Assembly (NCBI RefSeq): GCF_000737315.1
Contig: NZ_JMCB01000001.1
Location: forward strand, 144,001-268,000
From: Hyalangium minutum
GTDB lineage: Bacteria > Myxococcota > Myxococcia > Myxococcales > Myxococcaceae
Length of the DNA: 124,000 bases
Direction: 5' to 3'
Shown here one piece after another: positions 20,670 through 30,780 of this stretch. The notes beneath the pieces were generated by a model, which saw only the letters and a list, made by a program, of their open reading frames with translations, was not told where the DNA came from and did no database searches. The first letter of the stretch is position 1; each line of letters opens with the position of its first letter. The translations under genes were made by a program, and so were the position numbers.

Positions 20670-21353
20670 TCAGCTGGCCGGGCTCTGCACGCGTGCTTGC
20701 TTCAGCCCGTAGTCCTCCAGGCGCAAGTAGCTGGTGTTGATCCAGATGAGCGGCTGGATGAGCCACCCCACGAACGCCAGGAAGAAGATCGTTCCAATAC
20801 CAATTGGCCCTCCAAGTACCCACCCAGCAGCCAGCAGCAGCACCTCCATGACGCCCTTGCAGAGCCAGAAGGGCAGCTTCCACCTGCGCACCATCGTCAA
20901 GGCCACCAGATCCATGGCCCGGATCCCGATGCCGCTCATGATGATCAACGAGGAGCCATAGGCGCACAGCACCACGCCCGCCAGCATCATCGGGAACGGG
21001 CTGAGCCCCACGAAGCGCTCCACGAAGTGCAGGTTCATCCACAGATCGATGAGGCTGCCGCAAAAGAAGAAGGTGAAGAAGGGGGACAGCGGGGGCCTCG
21101 TCCGGTTCCAGAGCCCGTAGACCAGCAGGCACAGCGCCGCGAAGCCTCCTTGCGCCAGCCCCACCGTGAGCGGCAGGTGCTTGACCAGGCCCAGCGCCAT
21201 GACGTCGAGCGGGTCCGTCCCCAGGTTCGACGCGATGAAGAACGCCGCTCCCATCGAGAATGTCACGCAGCCGAACAAGTACAGCACGTACTGGTCGCGT
21301 CCGAGCCCCAACAGCCATTTCCAGATTTTCTCGAAAAACAAGCTTACCCCCAA
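20670..21353 (-). CDS. YczE/YyaS/YitT-family membrane protein
   Basis: SNLGTDPLDVMALGL and GGPIGIGTI motifs; TTG start after AGAGGAG (start uncertain). Confidence 0.75.
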   Translation of the reverse strand: MGVSLFFEKIWKWLLGLGRDQYVLYLFGCVTFSMGAAFFIASNLGTDPLDVMALGLVKHLPLTVGLAQGGFAALCLLVYGLWNRTRPPLSPFFTFFFCGSLIDLWMNLHFVERFVGLSPFPMMLAGVVLCAYGSSLIIMSGIGIRAMDLVALTMVRRWKLPFWLCKGVMEVLLLAAGWVLGGPIGIGTIFFLAFVGWLIQPLIWINTSYLRLEDYGLKQARVQSPAS

Positions 21354-21433
21354 GTCGCAGGCTCCTCTGTCTAACACAGGAATCCAGGTTTTTTGCAATA
21401 TTCTGGTTCCGAGGAGGAGTCGGCAGGAGGGGC

Positions 21434-22762
21434 TCAGGCGGCGAAGGTCTTGGCGAGCTGCTGAGCCCGGACGAGCCCCATGATGAAGGGGATGGCGAAG
21501 TTGAGGGGGTGGACGTCCGGCGCGAGCTGGCGGGACAGGCCGAAGAGCGTCACCACGGCGCGCTCGACGCAGTACCACCCCTCCGGATACTGGAGCGCCT
21601 TGAGCAGGTCGCGCATCTCGCTGGCCTTCACGCCAATCTCCTCGGGCTTGCCAGGCTCGGTGCCGGGGGTCTTGCGCAGCTCCTCCACCACGCGCTTGAA
21701 GTAGCCGCGGATCACCCGCTCGAGCACCTCGCGCTTGCCCGCCTTGCTCATGAAGCCAATGGTCTCCACGCCGCGGATGACGAGCTCTTCATCCCGCGTG
21801 GCCACCCCGGTCAGCACCTGCTGCAACCCCTCGACGATGTGCGGCGCGGGCTCGGTGACCGTACCGAAGTCCAGCAGCACCAGGCGTGGGCCGGTGGGCC
21901 CCGGCTGCACGAAGAAGTTCCCGGGGTGCGGGTCCGCCTGGAAGAAGCGGTTCAGGAAGAACTGCTTGCAGAAGAGGCTGACCAGCCGGGTGGCCAGCGC
22001 CTTGCCGTCGATGCCGGCCGCCGCGAGCTCCTCCCGGCGCGTCATCTTGATGCCCTGCACGTAGCTCATCACCAGCACCTTCTCCGAGGTGAAGTCCCAG
22101 TACACCTGGGGGAAGCTCACGTCGGGCTCGCCGGCGAACTCCTGGGCCATGCGCTCCATGGCCCGTGCCTCGTGACGGAAGTCGGTCTCGCTGCGCAACA
22201 GCGCCTCGAGCTGCACCATCACCCGCTCCAGCGAGGCGACGGGGAAGAACAGGCGCGACATCTTCAGCGAGTGCCGCATCATCGCCATGTCCACCTTCAG
22301 CAGGCGGTGCGAGGTGGGGTAGAGGATCTTGACGGCAACCTCCTCCCCCGTCTTCAGCGTGGCGCGGTGCACCTGCGCCAGCGAGGCGGCGGCGATAGGT
22401 TGCTCCTCAAAGCGAGCGAACACCTCGTGGGGGCGCTTCCCCACCGCCCCCACGAAGGTGCGCTCCATCTCCGAGAAGGGATGCGGAGGCACCTGATCTT
22501 GCAGATCCTCCAGTTCCTCCATGTATGCGGCGGGAAGCACGTTGCCCATCAGCGAGGCCAGCTGCCCGAACTTGATGTAGACGCCGCGGAGCTTCTCGAT
22601 GCCGTGGTAGACGCGCCGCGCATTGGTGCGGTGCACACGCTCCCTGCGTTCCTTCATGCGCTCTTTGCCGAGCAGCTTTTCCAGGCTTACCTGGATCAAG
22701 TAGCTCAACATGATGGTATAGTAGAGAACCGAAGCGCGACCGAGCCTTGTCAATATCCACAT
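21434..22762 (-). CDS. ABC1/UbiB/AarF atypical kinase
   Basis: [34 protein letters not shown]. Confidence 0.92.
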   Translation of the reverse strand: MWILTRLGRASVLYYTIMLSYLIQVSLEKLLGKERMKERRERVHRTNARRVYHGIEKLRGVYIKFGQLASLMGNVLPAAYMEELEDLQDQVPPHPFSEMERTFVGAVGKRPHEVFARFEEQPIAAASLAQVHRATLKTGEEVAVKILYPTSHRLLKVDMAMMRHSLKMSRLFFPVASLERVMVQLEALLRSETDFRHEARAMERMAQEFAGEPDVSFPQVYWDFTSEKVLVMSYVQGIKMTRREELAAAGIDGKALATRLVSLFCKQFFLNRFFQADPHPGNFFVQPGPTGPRLVLLDFGTVTEPAPHIVEGLQQVLTGVATRDEELVIRGVETIGFMSKAGKREVLERVIRGYFKRVVEELRKTPGTEPGKPEEIGVKASEMRDLLKALQYPEGWYCVERAVVTLFGLSRQLAPDVHPLNFAIPFIMGLVRAQQLAKTFAA

Positions 22763-22838
22763 GGGGGGGCCTTTGGTGTTGGGGGCGCTTCATAACACCT
22801 CTTGCAGGCCTCTTTCACCTGCCCCCTCCCCCACTCAT

Positions 22839-24128
22839 ATGACCACCATGAGCACAGCCCCCGCCAATTCCTCCGCAGATCTGATCCACGGAGGGACGAC
22901 TGATACGAAATACCAGACGCCGCAGCGGCGCCTGATGGAGCAGGCCTTCAACCGCGCATTGCAGGCAGGTAAGCGGCTGGTCGTGCGCATCGAGGCCCCC
23001 TGGTCTGACGAGTGCGTCACCTACGAGGAGAGCCTCCCCCAGCACGGCGCGCGGCTCAATGAGCTGCTGTCCAAGGTGGAGTCGCTGGTGCTCAACGAGG
23101 CCGACTTCGATCGCGCGCATGGAGTGGACTACCTGCCCTCGGAGATGCTGCACTTCCAGACCGTCTACTTCTGTGATCCGGCCACCCGCACCTGGGCCAT
23201 CGTCCCACACGTGACGAGCGCGCAGCTCTTCACCCAGTACCTCACCCTGTGGCTGGAGCGGCCCCAGTTCCCCCAGACGCTCCAGCAGCTGGCGCTCGAG
23301 GCCACCACGCCGGAGACGGCGGTGGGCATCCCCTTCAAGCACCTGGTGGAAACGGCCATCCAGACGGCCGGCTACAGCCTCAGCTTCGAGGAGACGCGGG
23401 CACTCGTGGAGAAGCTCCGGGAGAAGAAGGCGAAGCAGCCGGACCTCTTCCAAGGCATTGATCTCGACGCCCTGTACATGCGGGGAAGCCAGAACCAGAT
23501 CAGCGCGGGGCGCATCACCTACGAGGAGCTGTCCGCAAAGGATCCGCAGCTGGGCAAGCGCATGTTCGACTCGCTGGAGAACATGATCGAGGCGCGCCTG
23601 TACAACGTGATCGGCGTGCTGCTCCGCAAGCAAGGGCTGGAGGCAGCGGCGCGCCAGGTGCCCGCGCTGCTCGAGACGGTCCACAAGGACATGGCGGCCA
23701 AGGGGCTCACCCACGAGGGCGAGGTGGCGGACACCGGCATCGTCCGGGCGAAGAACGAGGCGGCCTTCAAGGTGCTCGAGGCCCGCGCGGGGTTGATCAC
23801 CCGCGAGCAGGCGGTGAAGTTCAACGAGCAGCTCATCGCGCAGAACGTGCCCTTCTACTTCCGCGAGTCGGTGCCCCACATCTTCGTGGCGCTCGGGGAC
23901 TACGCGACGGCCGCCTCCCTCATTGAGGCGACCCTGCCAGAGTGGGGCATGTTCTACGACGGCCTCATCGCGCACATGCGCTCGCAGACGAAGTCCAAGG
24001 ACAGCAAGGACGAGAAGATGGTGCAGATGTTCGGCAACAAGCTGGCCATCTTCGAGAAGCTGAAGGTCCGCGTGATCAACGCGCGCAGGGCCCGGGCCGA
24101 GAGCCTGAGGAAGCTCGCCTCCTCCTGA
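22839..24128 (+). CDS. Hypothetical protein (~430 aa, helical)
   Basis: Long ORF with strong GC3 bias; no recognised motif. Confidence 0.7.
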   Translation: MTTMSTAPANSSADLIHGGTTDTKYQTPQRRLMEQAFNRALQAGKRLVVRIEAPWSDECVTYEESLPQHGARLNELLSKVESLVLNEADFDRAHGVDYLPSEMLHFQTVYFCDPATRTWAIVPHVTSAQLFTQYLTLWLERPQFPQTLQQLALEATTPETAVGIPFKHLVETAIQTAGYSLSFEETRALVEKLREKKAKQPDLFQGIDLDALYMRGSQNQISAGRITYEELSAKDPQLGKRMFDSLENMIEARLYNVIGVLLRKQGLEAAARQVPALLETVHKDMAAKGLTHEGEVADTGIVRAKNEAAFKVLEARAGLITREQAVKFNEQLIAQNVPFYFRESVPHIFVALGDYATAASLIEATLPEWGMFYDGLIAHMRSQTKSKDSKDEKMVQMFGNKLAIFEKLKVRVINARRARAESLRKLASS

Positions 24129-24140
24129 GCCGCCGGAGTC

Positions 24141-24169
24141 GAGAGGGCCCCTGACGTTGGGGGCCCTCT
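24141..24169. terminator. GC-rich hairpin between convergent genes
   Basis: agagggcccc-tgacgttg-ggggccctct. Confidence 0.55.
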
Positions 24170-24212
24170 GCAGGGAAGGCTCCCAGGCCCGGGAAGACGG
24201 GTGGCCGGGGCC

Positions 24213-27200
24213 TCAGCGGCCGCGCAGGGCCTCCTTCACGTGCTCCGCCATCGTGAGCGCGAAGGGGCGCCGCGGCAGGCTGAAGTGGTTGGCTCCCGGC
24301 ACATCCCTCGTCACCACCTCTCCCTTGAGGTAGGAGCGCCATCCCAGGATGTCGTCGCCGTAGTTATCGGTGAGCATTGTGGGCACCGTGGAGCGCACGA
24401 AGAGGACCCGCCCATCGTAGGGCTGGGCTTGGTAGCGCTCCCACACCGCCACGTGGTGCCGTACCAGCTTCTTGAGGTTCTCCATCTCTGGCTGCCGCGT
24501 GCTGAGCAGGGGCGACTGCTCATCCAGGATCTGCCCCAGCACGGAGTTGCGCTTGGCGAAGGCCAGCAGGCGCCGCTCCATCCAGTCAGAGAAGCCCGAC
24601 GCCTTCTCGCCCCGCTTCGCCCGCTCCGCGCGCCGTGAGGCGAGCCGCACGAACATGTCGTCCATCGCATACGGGGCGAAGCCGCCCCAGATCTCGATGA
24701 AGCTGCGGATCTTGCGGTACATCAGCCGCAAGGGGCTGTGGCCGCTCCAGCGATCATTGGCGAAGGGGGCATCCAGCAGCGCCAGCAGCTCCACCTTCTG
24801 CGAGGCGGCGCGAAGCTGCTGCGCCATCTCGAAGGCCACCATGCCGCCGAAGCAGTAGCCGCCCAGGTAATACGGCCCCTCGGGCTGGACGGTGCGAATG
24901 GCCTGGACGTAGCTCGCCGCCATATCGCGCACGTCCGCTTGGGTCTTGCTCAGATCGGTGATGGCGGGATCCTGGATCGCGTAGACGGGCCGCTCCTTGC
25001 CCACCTGCTGCGCGAAGTCGACCAGGGCAAACGCCACTCCACCCGCGCCGTGCACGCAGAAGAAGGGCGAGCCATTGCCCGCCTTCTGGATGGGGACGAG
25101 CGCGCTGGCGGAGGCTCCCGCGGGGACGATGTCCGCCCGCGCGCTCACGAGCAGAGCCAGCGTGGCCGCCGTGGGAGCCTCGAAGAAGCCCATCAGCGGG
25201 AAAGTACAGCCGAAGGTGTCCTGGACCTCTTTGATCAAGGTGATGGCGGACAGAGAGTTGCCACCCAGCTCGAAGTAGTTGTCCCCCACACCCACCGGGC
25301 GAAGGCTCAGCTGGGCCTCCAACATCTGGACGATCTTCCGCTCCACGTCATTGCGCGGGGCCACGTACGGCTCGGCCATCTCGGGGCGCACGGCCTCGGG
25401 CGGAGGCAGGGCCTTGCGGTCGAGCTTGCCGTTGGGCGTCAGTGGCAGCGTGTCGAGCACGATGAAGTGGGAGGGGACCATGTGCGCCGGCAGCCTCGCG
25501 CCCACCCACTCCCTCAACATGGAGGGCAGCTTGCCTGTGGAGAGGGCCCGCTTGGGGAAGCGGCAGTACTGCTCGGGCGCACCCAGCGTCCCGTATCGGT
25601 CCGGACGGAAGGAGGACGGAACCTGGCCCGCCTTCTCCCGGTAGAACTGCGCGTCGAAGCCACCGGGCGCATCGCCCACAGACCAGCAGATCGCCACACG
25701 CCACCCGTGACGGGCGGCCAGCTCGCGCACCGCCTCCGGGTGCAGCCCCGGCTGGCCCTGGGCCTCCTGGGGCAGGCGCGCATTGGGAATCCCGCGCACG
25801 AGGAAGGCGGGCTCGGAGGACTCCTTCGCCAGCTTCTCCAGCGCGGCCATGTCCACGGGCTGGGTGGCCCAGTCGCGCACCGGCTGCTGCGCGAGGAAGG
25901 CGGGCTGGGACTGAACCTGGAGGAAGGCGTCGTAGCGGAAGCGGGTGAACTCGTTCTCGCTGCGGCCCTCGCGCAGCTCCACGCGCACGCGATCCACCTG
26001 CGGGAACGTCCCCGCCAGAGCGTGGAAGAACTCGGGGCTGATCACCAGCTCCTTCTCGTTGAGCAGCGCCACCTCCAGCCTGCGCGCCAGCTCCTCCTGG
26101 GAGAACGGCTTGGCGGCGCGGTGCCGCAGGATGTCCGCGTGGAACACCTCCTGGAGGTGCGCGTTGCGGATGTCGCCCATGAAGAGCACGCCGCCGGGAG
26201 CCAGCAAGTCCAGCGCCTGGCGAATGACGGACAGGAAGTACTCGGCGTCCGGGAAGTACTGCACCACCGAGTTGAGGATCACGAGGTCATACTCGTGGCT
26301 CCCCAGGCCGGACAGCTGGTTGGCCTCGCGCTGGAGCACGCGGGCGTTGCTCAGCCCCTCCTTCTCAAAGCGGGCCTGCAGGTGATCCACGGCGCTCTGA
26401 GAGAAGTCCAAGCCGGTGTACTGCTCACAGCGCTTGCTGAGCGGCAACGCCAGGAGTCCCAGGCCGCTGCCGATCTCCAGGACGCGGCGCGGGGAGAGCG
26501 CGAACAGCCGCTGGAGCGTGGTATCGGCCCACTCCCGCATCTCCGCTTCCGGCACCAACTGGCCCGTGTAGCTGCTGCGGTAGCCGGCGAACGGGTTGTC
26601 GCGGCTCTCGATGACGGCCTGCCGGCCGCCGCCCTCGTGCAGGTAGGCCTCGTTGAACAACCCCTGCCAGTCTGTGGACTCCGCGCGGCCCACCACCTCC
26701 GCGGGCACCACGTAGCAGATCAGCCGCGAATCCTGGTTCGCGTCCTCGTCCTTGATGACCACGGCTTCGGAGACGGCCGGGTGCTGGCGCAGCGTGTTCT
26801 CGATCTCGCCAGGCTCGATGCGGTAGCCGCGGATCTTCACCTGGTGATCCACGCGCCCCAGGTACTCGAGGTTGCCGTCCGCGTGCATGCGGACGCGATC
26901 CCCGGTCCGGTACCAGCCCTGCACGAACTTCTCCTGGTTGAGCTCCGGCCGGTTGAGGTAGCCACGGGCCACCCCCACCCCACCGATCCACAGCTCCCCC
27001 ACCTCGCCAGCCGGCACGGGCTGGCCCGACTCATCGGCGACCTTCAGCTCGGTGTTGTCGATCGGCTTGCCAATCAGCATCGCCTCAGAGTGGAGATCCA
27101 CCAGCCACCCGGTGGAGTAGATGGTGGTCTCGGTGGGGCCGTACCAGTTCCAAACGCGCTTGCCGCGGGACAGCAGCTGCTCGGCCAGCTCGCGAGAGAG

Positions 27201-28094
27201 AGGCTCGCCGCCAGTGCAGATGGTGAGGTTGGAGCGGCTCTTCCACCCGAGCTTGAGCAGCATCTTCCAGCCCGAGGCCGTGGACTGCGCGTAGGTGGCC
27301 GAGCTGCGCTCCAGGAGCGCGGCGAACCGCTCCCCATCCTTGAGCTCGTTGCGATCGGCCACCCACGTGGTGCCGCCCACCAGCAGCGCCAGGTGCAGCT
27401 CCGCCGCCGCGATGTCGAAGCAGATCGACGCGGTGGCCAGATAGGTATCCGTGGGCCCCATGCCCGTCAGCCGGTGGACGGAGAGCAGCAGGTTGGTGAG
27501 GGAGCGGTGCTCGATCTGCGCCCCCTTGGGCCTGCCCGTGGAGCCCGACGTGTAGAGCACGTAGGCGCGATCCGTGGGCCGCGGGCCGTCCTGCCGGGAC
27601 ACGGGCGGCGCCGCGGCGATGGCGGCGGCATCCCGATCGACGCAGATGGCCTCCGTGCCATCTCCGAGCAGCTCGCCCAGCAGCGCCTCCTCGGTGATGA
27701 CCAGCCGGATCCCCGCGTCCTTCCAGATGTAGCGCAGGTGCTCCGGCGGGTAGTCCGGATCCATGGGCACGTACGAGCCCCCGGACAGCATCACGCCCAG
27801 GGTGGCGGCCACCATGTCGTTGGAGCGGCGCAGCAGGATGCCCACGGGCGTCTCGCGAGTGACGCCACGGGACCGGAGGTAGCCCGCCAGCCGGCAGACC
27901 CGCTCCCTCAGCTCCGCATACGTCCACGCGCGCGACCCGTCCCGGAGAGCGCAGTCCTGGGGCGTCCGCTCCGCCTGCTCACAGAACAGATCACACGCCG
28001 TCCGCTGAAGACGGGAGTGCTCCTCCGGCCCAAATGCCGACTGCGCGGCCACCACCGACGAGCTCACCTGCCGAGCAACACTGGTTCCCTGCAT
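24213..28094 (-). CDS. Stand-alone NRPS-like enzyme: A domain interrupted by methyltransferase, PCP, TE (Cys nucleophile); no C domain
   Basis: YTSGSTGRPKG, YGPTE, YRTGD, VKIRGYRIE, inserted VLEIGSGLG, TPNGKLDRK, GGNSL, GGYCFGG. Confidence 0.93.
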   Translation of the reverse strand: MQGTSVARQVSSSVVAAQSAFGPEEHSRLQRTACDLFCEQAERTPQDCALRDGSRAWTYAELRERVCRLAGYLRSRGVTRETPVGILLRRSNDMVAATLGVMLSGGSYVPMDPDYPPEHLRYIWKDAGIRLVITEEALLGELLGDGTEAICVDRDAAAIAAAPPVSRQDGPRPTDRAYVLYTSGSTGRPKGAQIEHRSLTNLLLSVHRLTGMGPTDTYLATASICFDIAAAELHLALLVGGTTWVADRNELKDGERFAALLERSSATYAQSTASGWKMLLKLGWKSRSNLTICTGGEPLSRELAEQLLSRGKRVWNWYGPTETTIYSTGWLVDLHSEAMLIGKPIDNTELKVADESGQPVPAGEVGELWIGGVGVARGYLNRPELNQEKFVQGWYRTGDRVRMHADGNLEYLGRVDHQVKIRGYRIEPGEIENTLRQHPAVSEAVVIKDEDANQDSRLICYVVPAEVVGRAESTDWQGLFNEAYLHEGGGRQAVIESRDNPFAGYRSSYTGQLVPEAEMREWADTTLQRLFALSPRRVLEIGSGLGLLALPLSKRCEQYTGLDFSQSAVDHLQARFEKEGLSNARVLQREANQLSGLGSHEYDLVILNSVVQYFPDAEYFLSVIRQALDLLAPGGVLFMGDIRNAHLQEVFHADILRHRAAKPFSQEELARRLEVALLNEKELVISPEFFHALAGTFPQVDRVRVELREGRSENEFTRFRYDAFLQVQSQPAFLAQQPVRDWATQPVDMAALEKLAKESSEPAFLVRGIPNARLPQEAQGQPGLHPEAVRELAARHGWRVAICWSVGDAPGGFDAQFYREKAGQVPSSFRPDRYGTLGAPEQYCRFPKRALSTGKLPSMLREWVGARLPAHMVPSHFIVLDTLPLTPNGKLDRKALPPPEAVRPEMAEPYVAPRNDVERKIVQMLEAQLSLRPVGVGDNYFELGGNSLSAITLIKEVQDTFGCTFPLMGFFEAPTAATLALLVSARADIVPAGASASALVPIQKAGNGSPFFCVHGAGGVAFALVDFAQQVGKERPVYAIQDPAITDLSKTQADVRDMAASYVQAIRTVQPEGPYYLGGYCFGGMVAFEMAQQLRAASQKVELLALLDAPFANDRWSGHSPLRLMYRKIRSFIEIWGGFAPYAMDDMFVRLASRRAERAKRGEKASGFSDWMERRLLAFAKRNSVLGQILDEQSPLLSTRQPEMENLKKLVRHHVAVWERYQAQPYDGRVLFVRSTVPTMLTDNYGDDILGWRSYLKGEVVTRDVPGANHFSLPRRPFALTMAEHVKEALRGR

Positions 28095-28148
28095 GACAGA
28101 CCTGATCCCTTTGAAATGAAGTCGATGGGGCAGAAGCAGCGGCTGGGC

Positions 28149-28598
28149 TCAGCCCGCCGCGCGAGCGGCACCCTCGGCCCGAGCCTTGAGCGCCTGGTTC
28201 ATCGCCTCGAAGCTCTTGCGGGCGCCCTCTTGAACCTGCGCGCCCATGAGCGCCGAGAGCGGGCCGGTGAAGATCTCACGGTTGACGAACACCGCCTCAC
28301 GGGCGCCCTTCGGCTCCACCGTGCAGCTGTGCCGGCTGACCAGCAACCAGCCATTCAACACCTTACTCTCCCACTCCAGCTCGCGGCCCGGCGTCACCTG
28401 GACGATCTTCGGCCGAAAGCTCCGCACCGTCCGGGGATCCATCTGCACGGTGATCTCCAACGGCTTGCCCACCACCATCTCTCCCTGGGCCTGGCGCAGG
28501 AAAGGGTTCCACTCGGCGAACGCCTTGAAATCCGTCAGGATGCTCCAGACCTGCTCGGCCGGTGCCTGGATATGGATCTCGGTGCGAATCTCTTTCAC
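28149..28598 (-). CDS. SRPBCC/START-like (polyketide cyclase/dehydrase) domain protein
   Basis: IRTEIHIQAPAEQVWSILTDF..F.EWNPF. Confidence 0.88.
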   Translation of the reverse strand: MKEIRTEIHIQAPAEQVWSILTDFKAFAEWNPFLRQAQGEMVVGKPLEITVQMDPRTVRSFRPKIVQVTPGRELEWESKVLNGWLLVSRHSCTVEPKGAREAVFVNREIFTGPLSALMGAQVQEGARKSFEAMNQALKARAEGAARAAG

Positions 28599-28775
28599 GA
28601 GGAACTCCTAAAGAGGGGCAGTTCGAACCAACGGCCCGTCATATATCCCGTCCCCCTGGACTCATGCAAACCTGGAAAGGCTCGCATCTCCGGAGAGCCT
28701 CTCGCCGTGGTTTGCGCGCCCGTGATAGCGTGTTGATCAGTCCCCAAGAGGGGACAACCTTTTCACGGAGAAACA

Positions 28776-30098
28776 ATGTCGGACGAAGGTGAGATCCCCC
28801 GCGGCAAGATGCGTCGGCTCGGGCGCATGCTGACGCTTCCAGGACGTGCAGGCACGCAGCTGGTCTCGGCAGGCCTGCAGAAAGTGCTCGGCAAAGCAGT
28901 GGACCCGGGCCGCGCCGCCGCCTCGCGAGTGATGGAAGTGCTTGGGGAGATGAAGGGCATCCCCGTCAAGGCCGGCCAGCTGATGACCCTCTTTGGCGAC
29001 AACCTGCCCGAGGAGGCCCGCAAGACGCTGGGCCAGCTGTTCGCCAAGACCCCCACGCTGCCTTTTCCGCAGGTGCGCCACGCCCTGGAGACCGAGCTGG
29101 GCAAGTCCCTGAGCGAGGTCTTCGAATCCTTCGAAGAGACGCCCTGCGCTGGTGCCTCGCTCGGCCAGGTGCACCGCGCCCGGCTGCACTCCGGCGAGAA
29201 GGTGGCCGTCAAGGTCCAATACCCCGGCATCGCTGGCGCCATGCAGGAGGATCTCGAGCTGATCCGGCCCATCGTGAAGACCCTGGGCATGGCCGGCAGC
29301 CTCCTCGACACGAAAGAATACTACGAGGAGATGAAGCGCGATCTGGCCGACGAGCTCAACTACAAGCAGGAGCTGGCCAGCCTCGAGCAGTTCCGCACCT
29401 ACCTGTCCCACTGGCCTGAGCTGGTGGTGCCGCGCAGCTTCCCCGAGTTCAGCACCAGCCGGGTGCTGGTGCTCGAGTGGCTCGAGGGGCCCACCCTGCA
29501 CTCCTGGCTGGAGTCGCCTCACCCCGAGAGCGAGCGCCTCGCCCTGGCCGAGAAGCTGGTGCGCGCCGTCTACGGCCCCTTCCTGCTCCACCGCGTGGTG
29601 CACGGCGACACCCACCCCGGCAACTTCCTGGTGCTGGAGGGCGGCAAGCTGGGCGTGCTCGACTTCGGCGCCATCAAGCCCCTCTCCGAGCCCTTCTGGC
29701 ATGCCGTGGTCTCCGTCATGCAGGGCATGCTGGAGAATCGCAAGGTGGACATCGTCCCCCTGGTGCGGCAGGCCGGCTTCCGCCTCGACATGCCCGAGGA
29801 GCGCGCGCGCACCCTCGTCGAGCGCATCCACGAGCTCATCTCCAGCCCCTTCAAGGGGCCCTATGACTTCGGCAGTGATCAGCTCATCGCCGGCTTCACG
29901 GAGCTCAAGAAGAAGTACCCGCTGGATCTGCTCCGCGTCAGGCCTCCGGCGGAGGGGCTGCTCTTCTACCGGGCCATTGGCGGGCTGAGCCAGAACCTGC
30001 GCCGCCTCCAGATCAAGGGCGACTTCCGCCCCTTCTTCCGCGAGGCGCTCGCCGCTCCCCACCACGTCGAACTGGCACGCGCGCGCCGCTTGGGCTGA
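28776..30098 (+). CDS. ABC1/UbiB/AarF atypical kinase (second paralog)
   Basis: GIPVKAGQ, AGASLGQVH, VAVK, HGDTHPGN, VLDFG. Confidence 0.92.
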   Translation: MSDEGEIPRGKMRRLGRMLTLPGRAGTQLVSAGLQKVLGKAVDPGRAAASRVMEVLGEMKGIPVKAGQLMTLFGDNLPEEARKTLGQLFAKTPTLPFPQVRHALETELGKSLSEVFESFEETPCAGASLGQVHRARLHSGEKVAVKVQYPGIAGAMQEDLELIRPIVKTLGMAGSLLDTKEYYEEMKRDLADELNYKQELASLEQFRTYLSHWPELVVPRSFPEFSTSRVLVLEWLEGPTLHSWLESPHPESERLALAEKLVRAVYGPFLLHRVVHGDTHPGNFLVLEGGKLGVLDFGAIKPLSEPFWHAVVSVMQGMLENRKVDIVPLVRQAGFRLDMPEERARTLVERIHELISSPFKGPYDFGSDQLIAGFTELKKKYPLDLLRVRPPAEGLLFYRAIGGLSQNLRRLQIKGDFRPFFREALAAPHHVELARARRLG

Positions 30099-30168
30099 GC
30101 GGAGGACGGTGGGGACGGGCCCCTGACGCCAGGGCCTGAGGGATTGGAGCCACTGACGCCCGGTGGCT

Positions 30169-30780
30169 TCAGTCCTCCACCAGCGGAACGATCCCGAACT
30201 GCTGCCGGAGCTTTTTCAGATCCTCCCCCAGCATGTTCTCCAAGGGCTGCTCGATCAGGCAGACCGCCTTCCTGCCCTGCTCAAGCCCCCACTCCTCGGC
30301 GTGACGCAGCCGAGCTCTGCGGCTGGGGTTGACGACCGCGTAGGCTCTCCTGGCGAAGCGGTACACCCGGCTGCCGGTCTCGGAATATCCCTGCGAATGA
30401 TAGAAGGCATAGGTCCCGAGCTCTCCGACCGTCGTCGCGTCGCACCCCAGGAGGGTATGGAACATGTCGTGCGTTCTCGTCACCCGGGTGGAGAGAGGGA
30501 ACCGGGCGTAGAGCCCGGCCAGTTGAGGCGTCAGATTGACGGTCCCGAGGTTGTAGCGCCGCATGAAGTCGGAATACGCGCGGCCAAAAGTCCCCTTCGG
30601 CATGGCCGCCAATTCGGCCATGTCCACGCGTTTCAAATTGAGATCCATGAAGCCTTTGACCCTCTCACGGATGACGGGGTTCTCATGAGGCTCGGACGCC
30701 ACAGCCTTGAGCACGGCGACATCTCCCATGCGCTTCTCGTGCAGTGCCAAGATCATCGCCGCGAGGACATCCACCTTCAT
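30169..30780 (-). CDS. Coq4-family protein
   Basis: HDMFH-x11-E metal motif; LAAMPKGTFGRAY. Confidence 0.85.
   Translation of the reverse strand: MKVDVLAAMILALHEKRMGDVAVLKAVASEPHENPVIRERVKGFMDLNLKRVDMAELAAMPKGTFGRAYSDFMRRYNLGTVNLTPQLAGLYARFPLSTRVTRTHDMFHTLLGCDATTVGELGTYAFYHSQGYSETGSRVYRFARRAYAVVNPSRRARLRHAEEWGLEQGRKAVCLIEQPLENMLGEDLKKLRQQFGIVPLVED

Noticed and set aside
24738-28736. 1332-aa plus-strand ORF
   Set aside because: Antisense shadow of the NRPS gene; no motifs; typical of high-GC DNA
30115-30136. GGGCCCCTGACG core shared with the 24141 hairpin as a REP family
   Set aside because: Only two short copies in GC-rich DNA; may be chance terminator similarity
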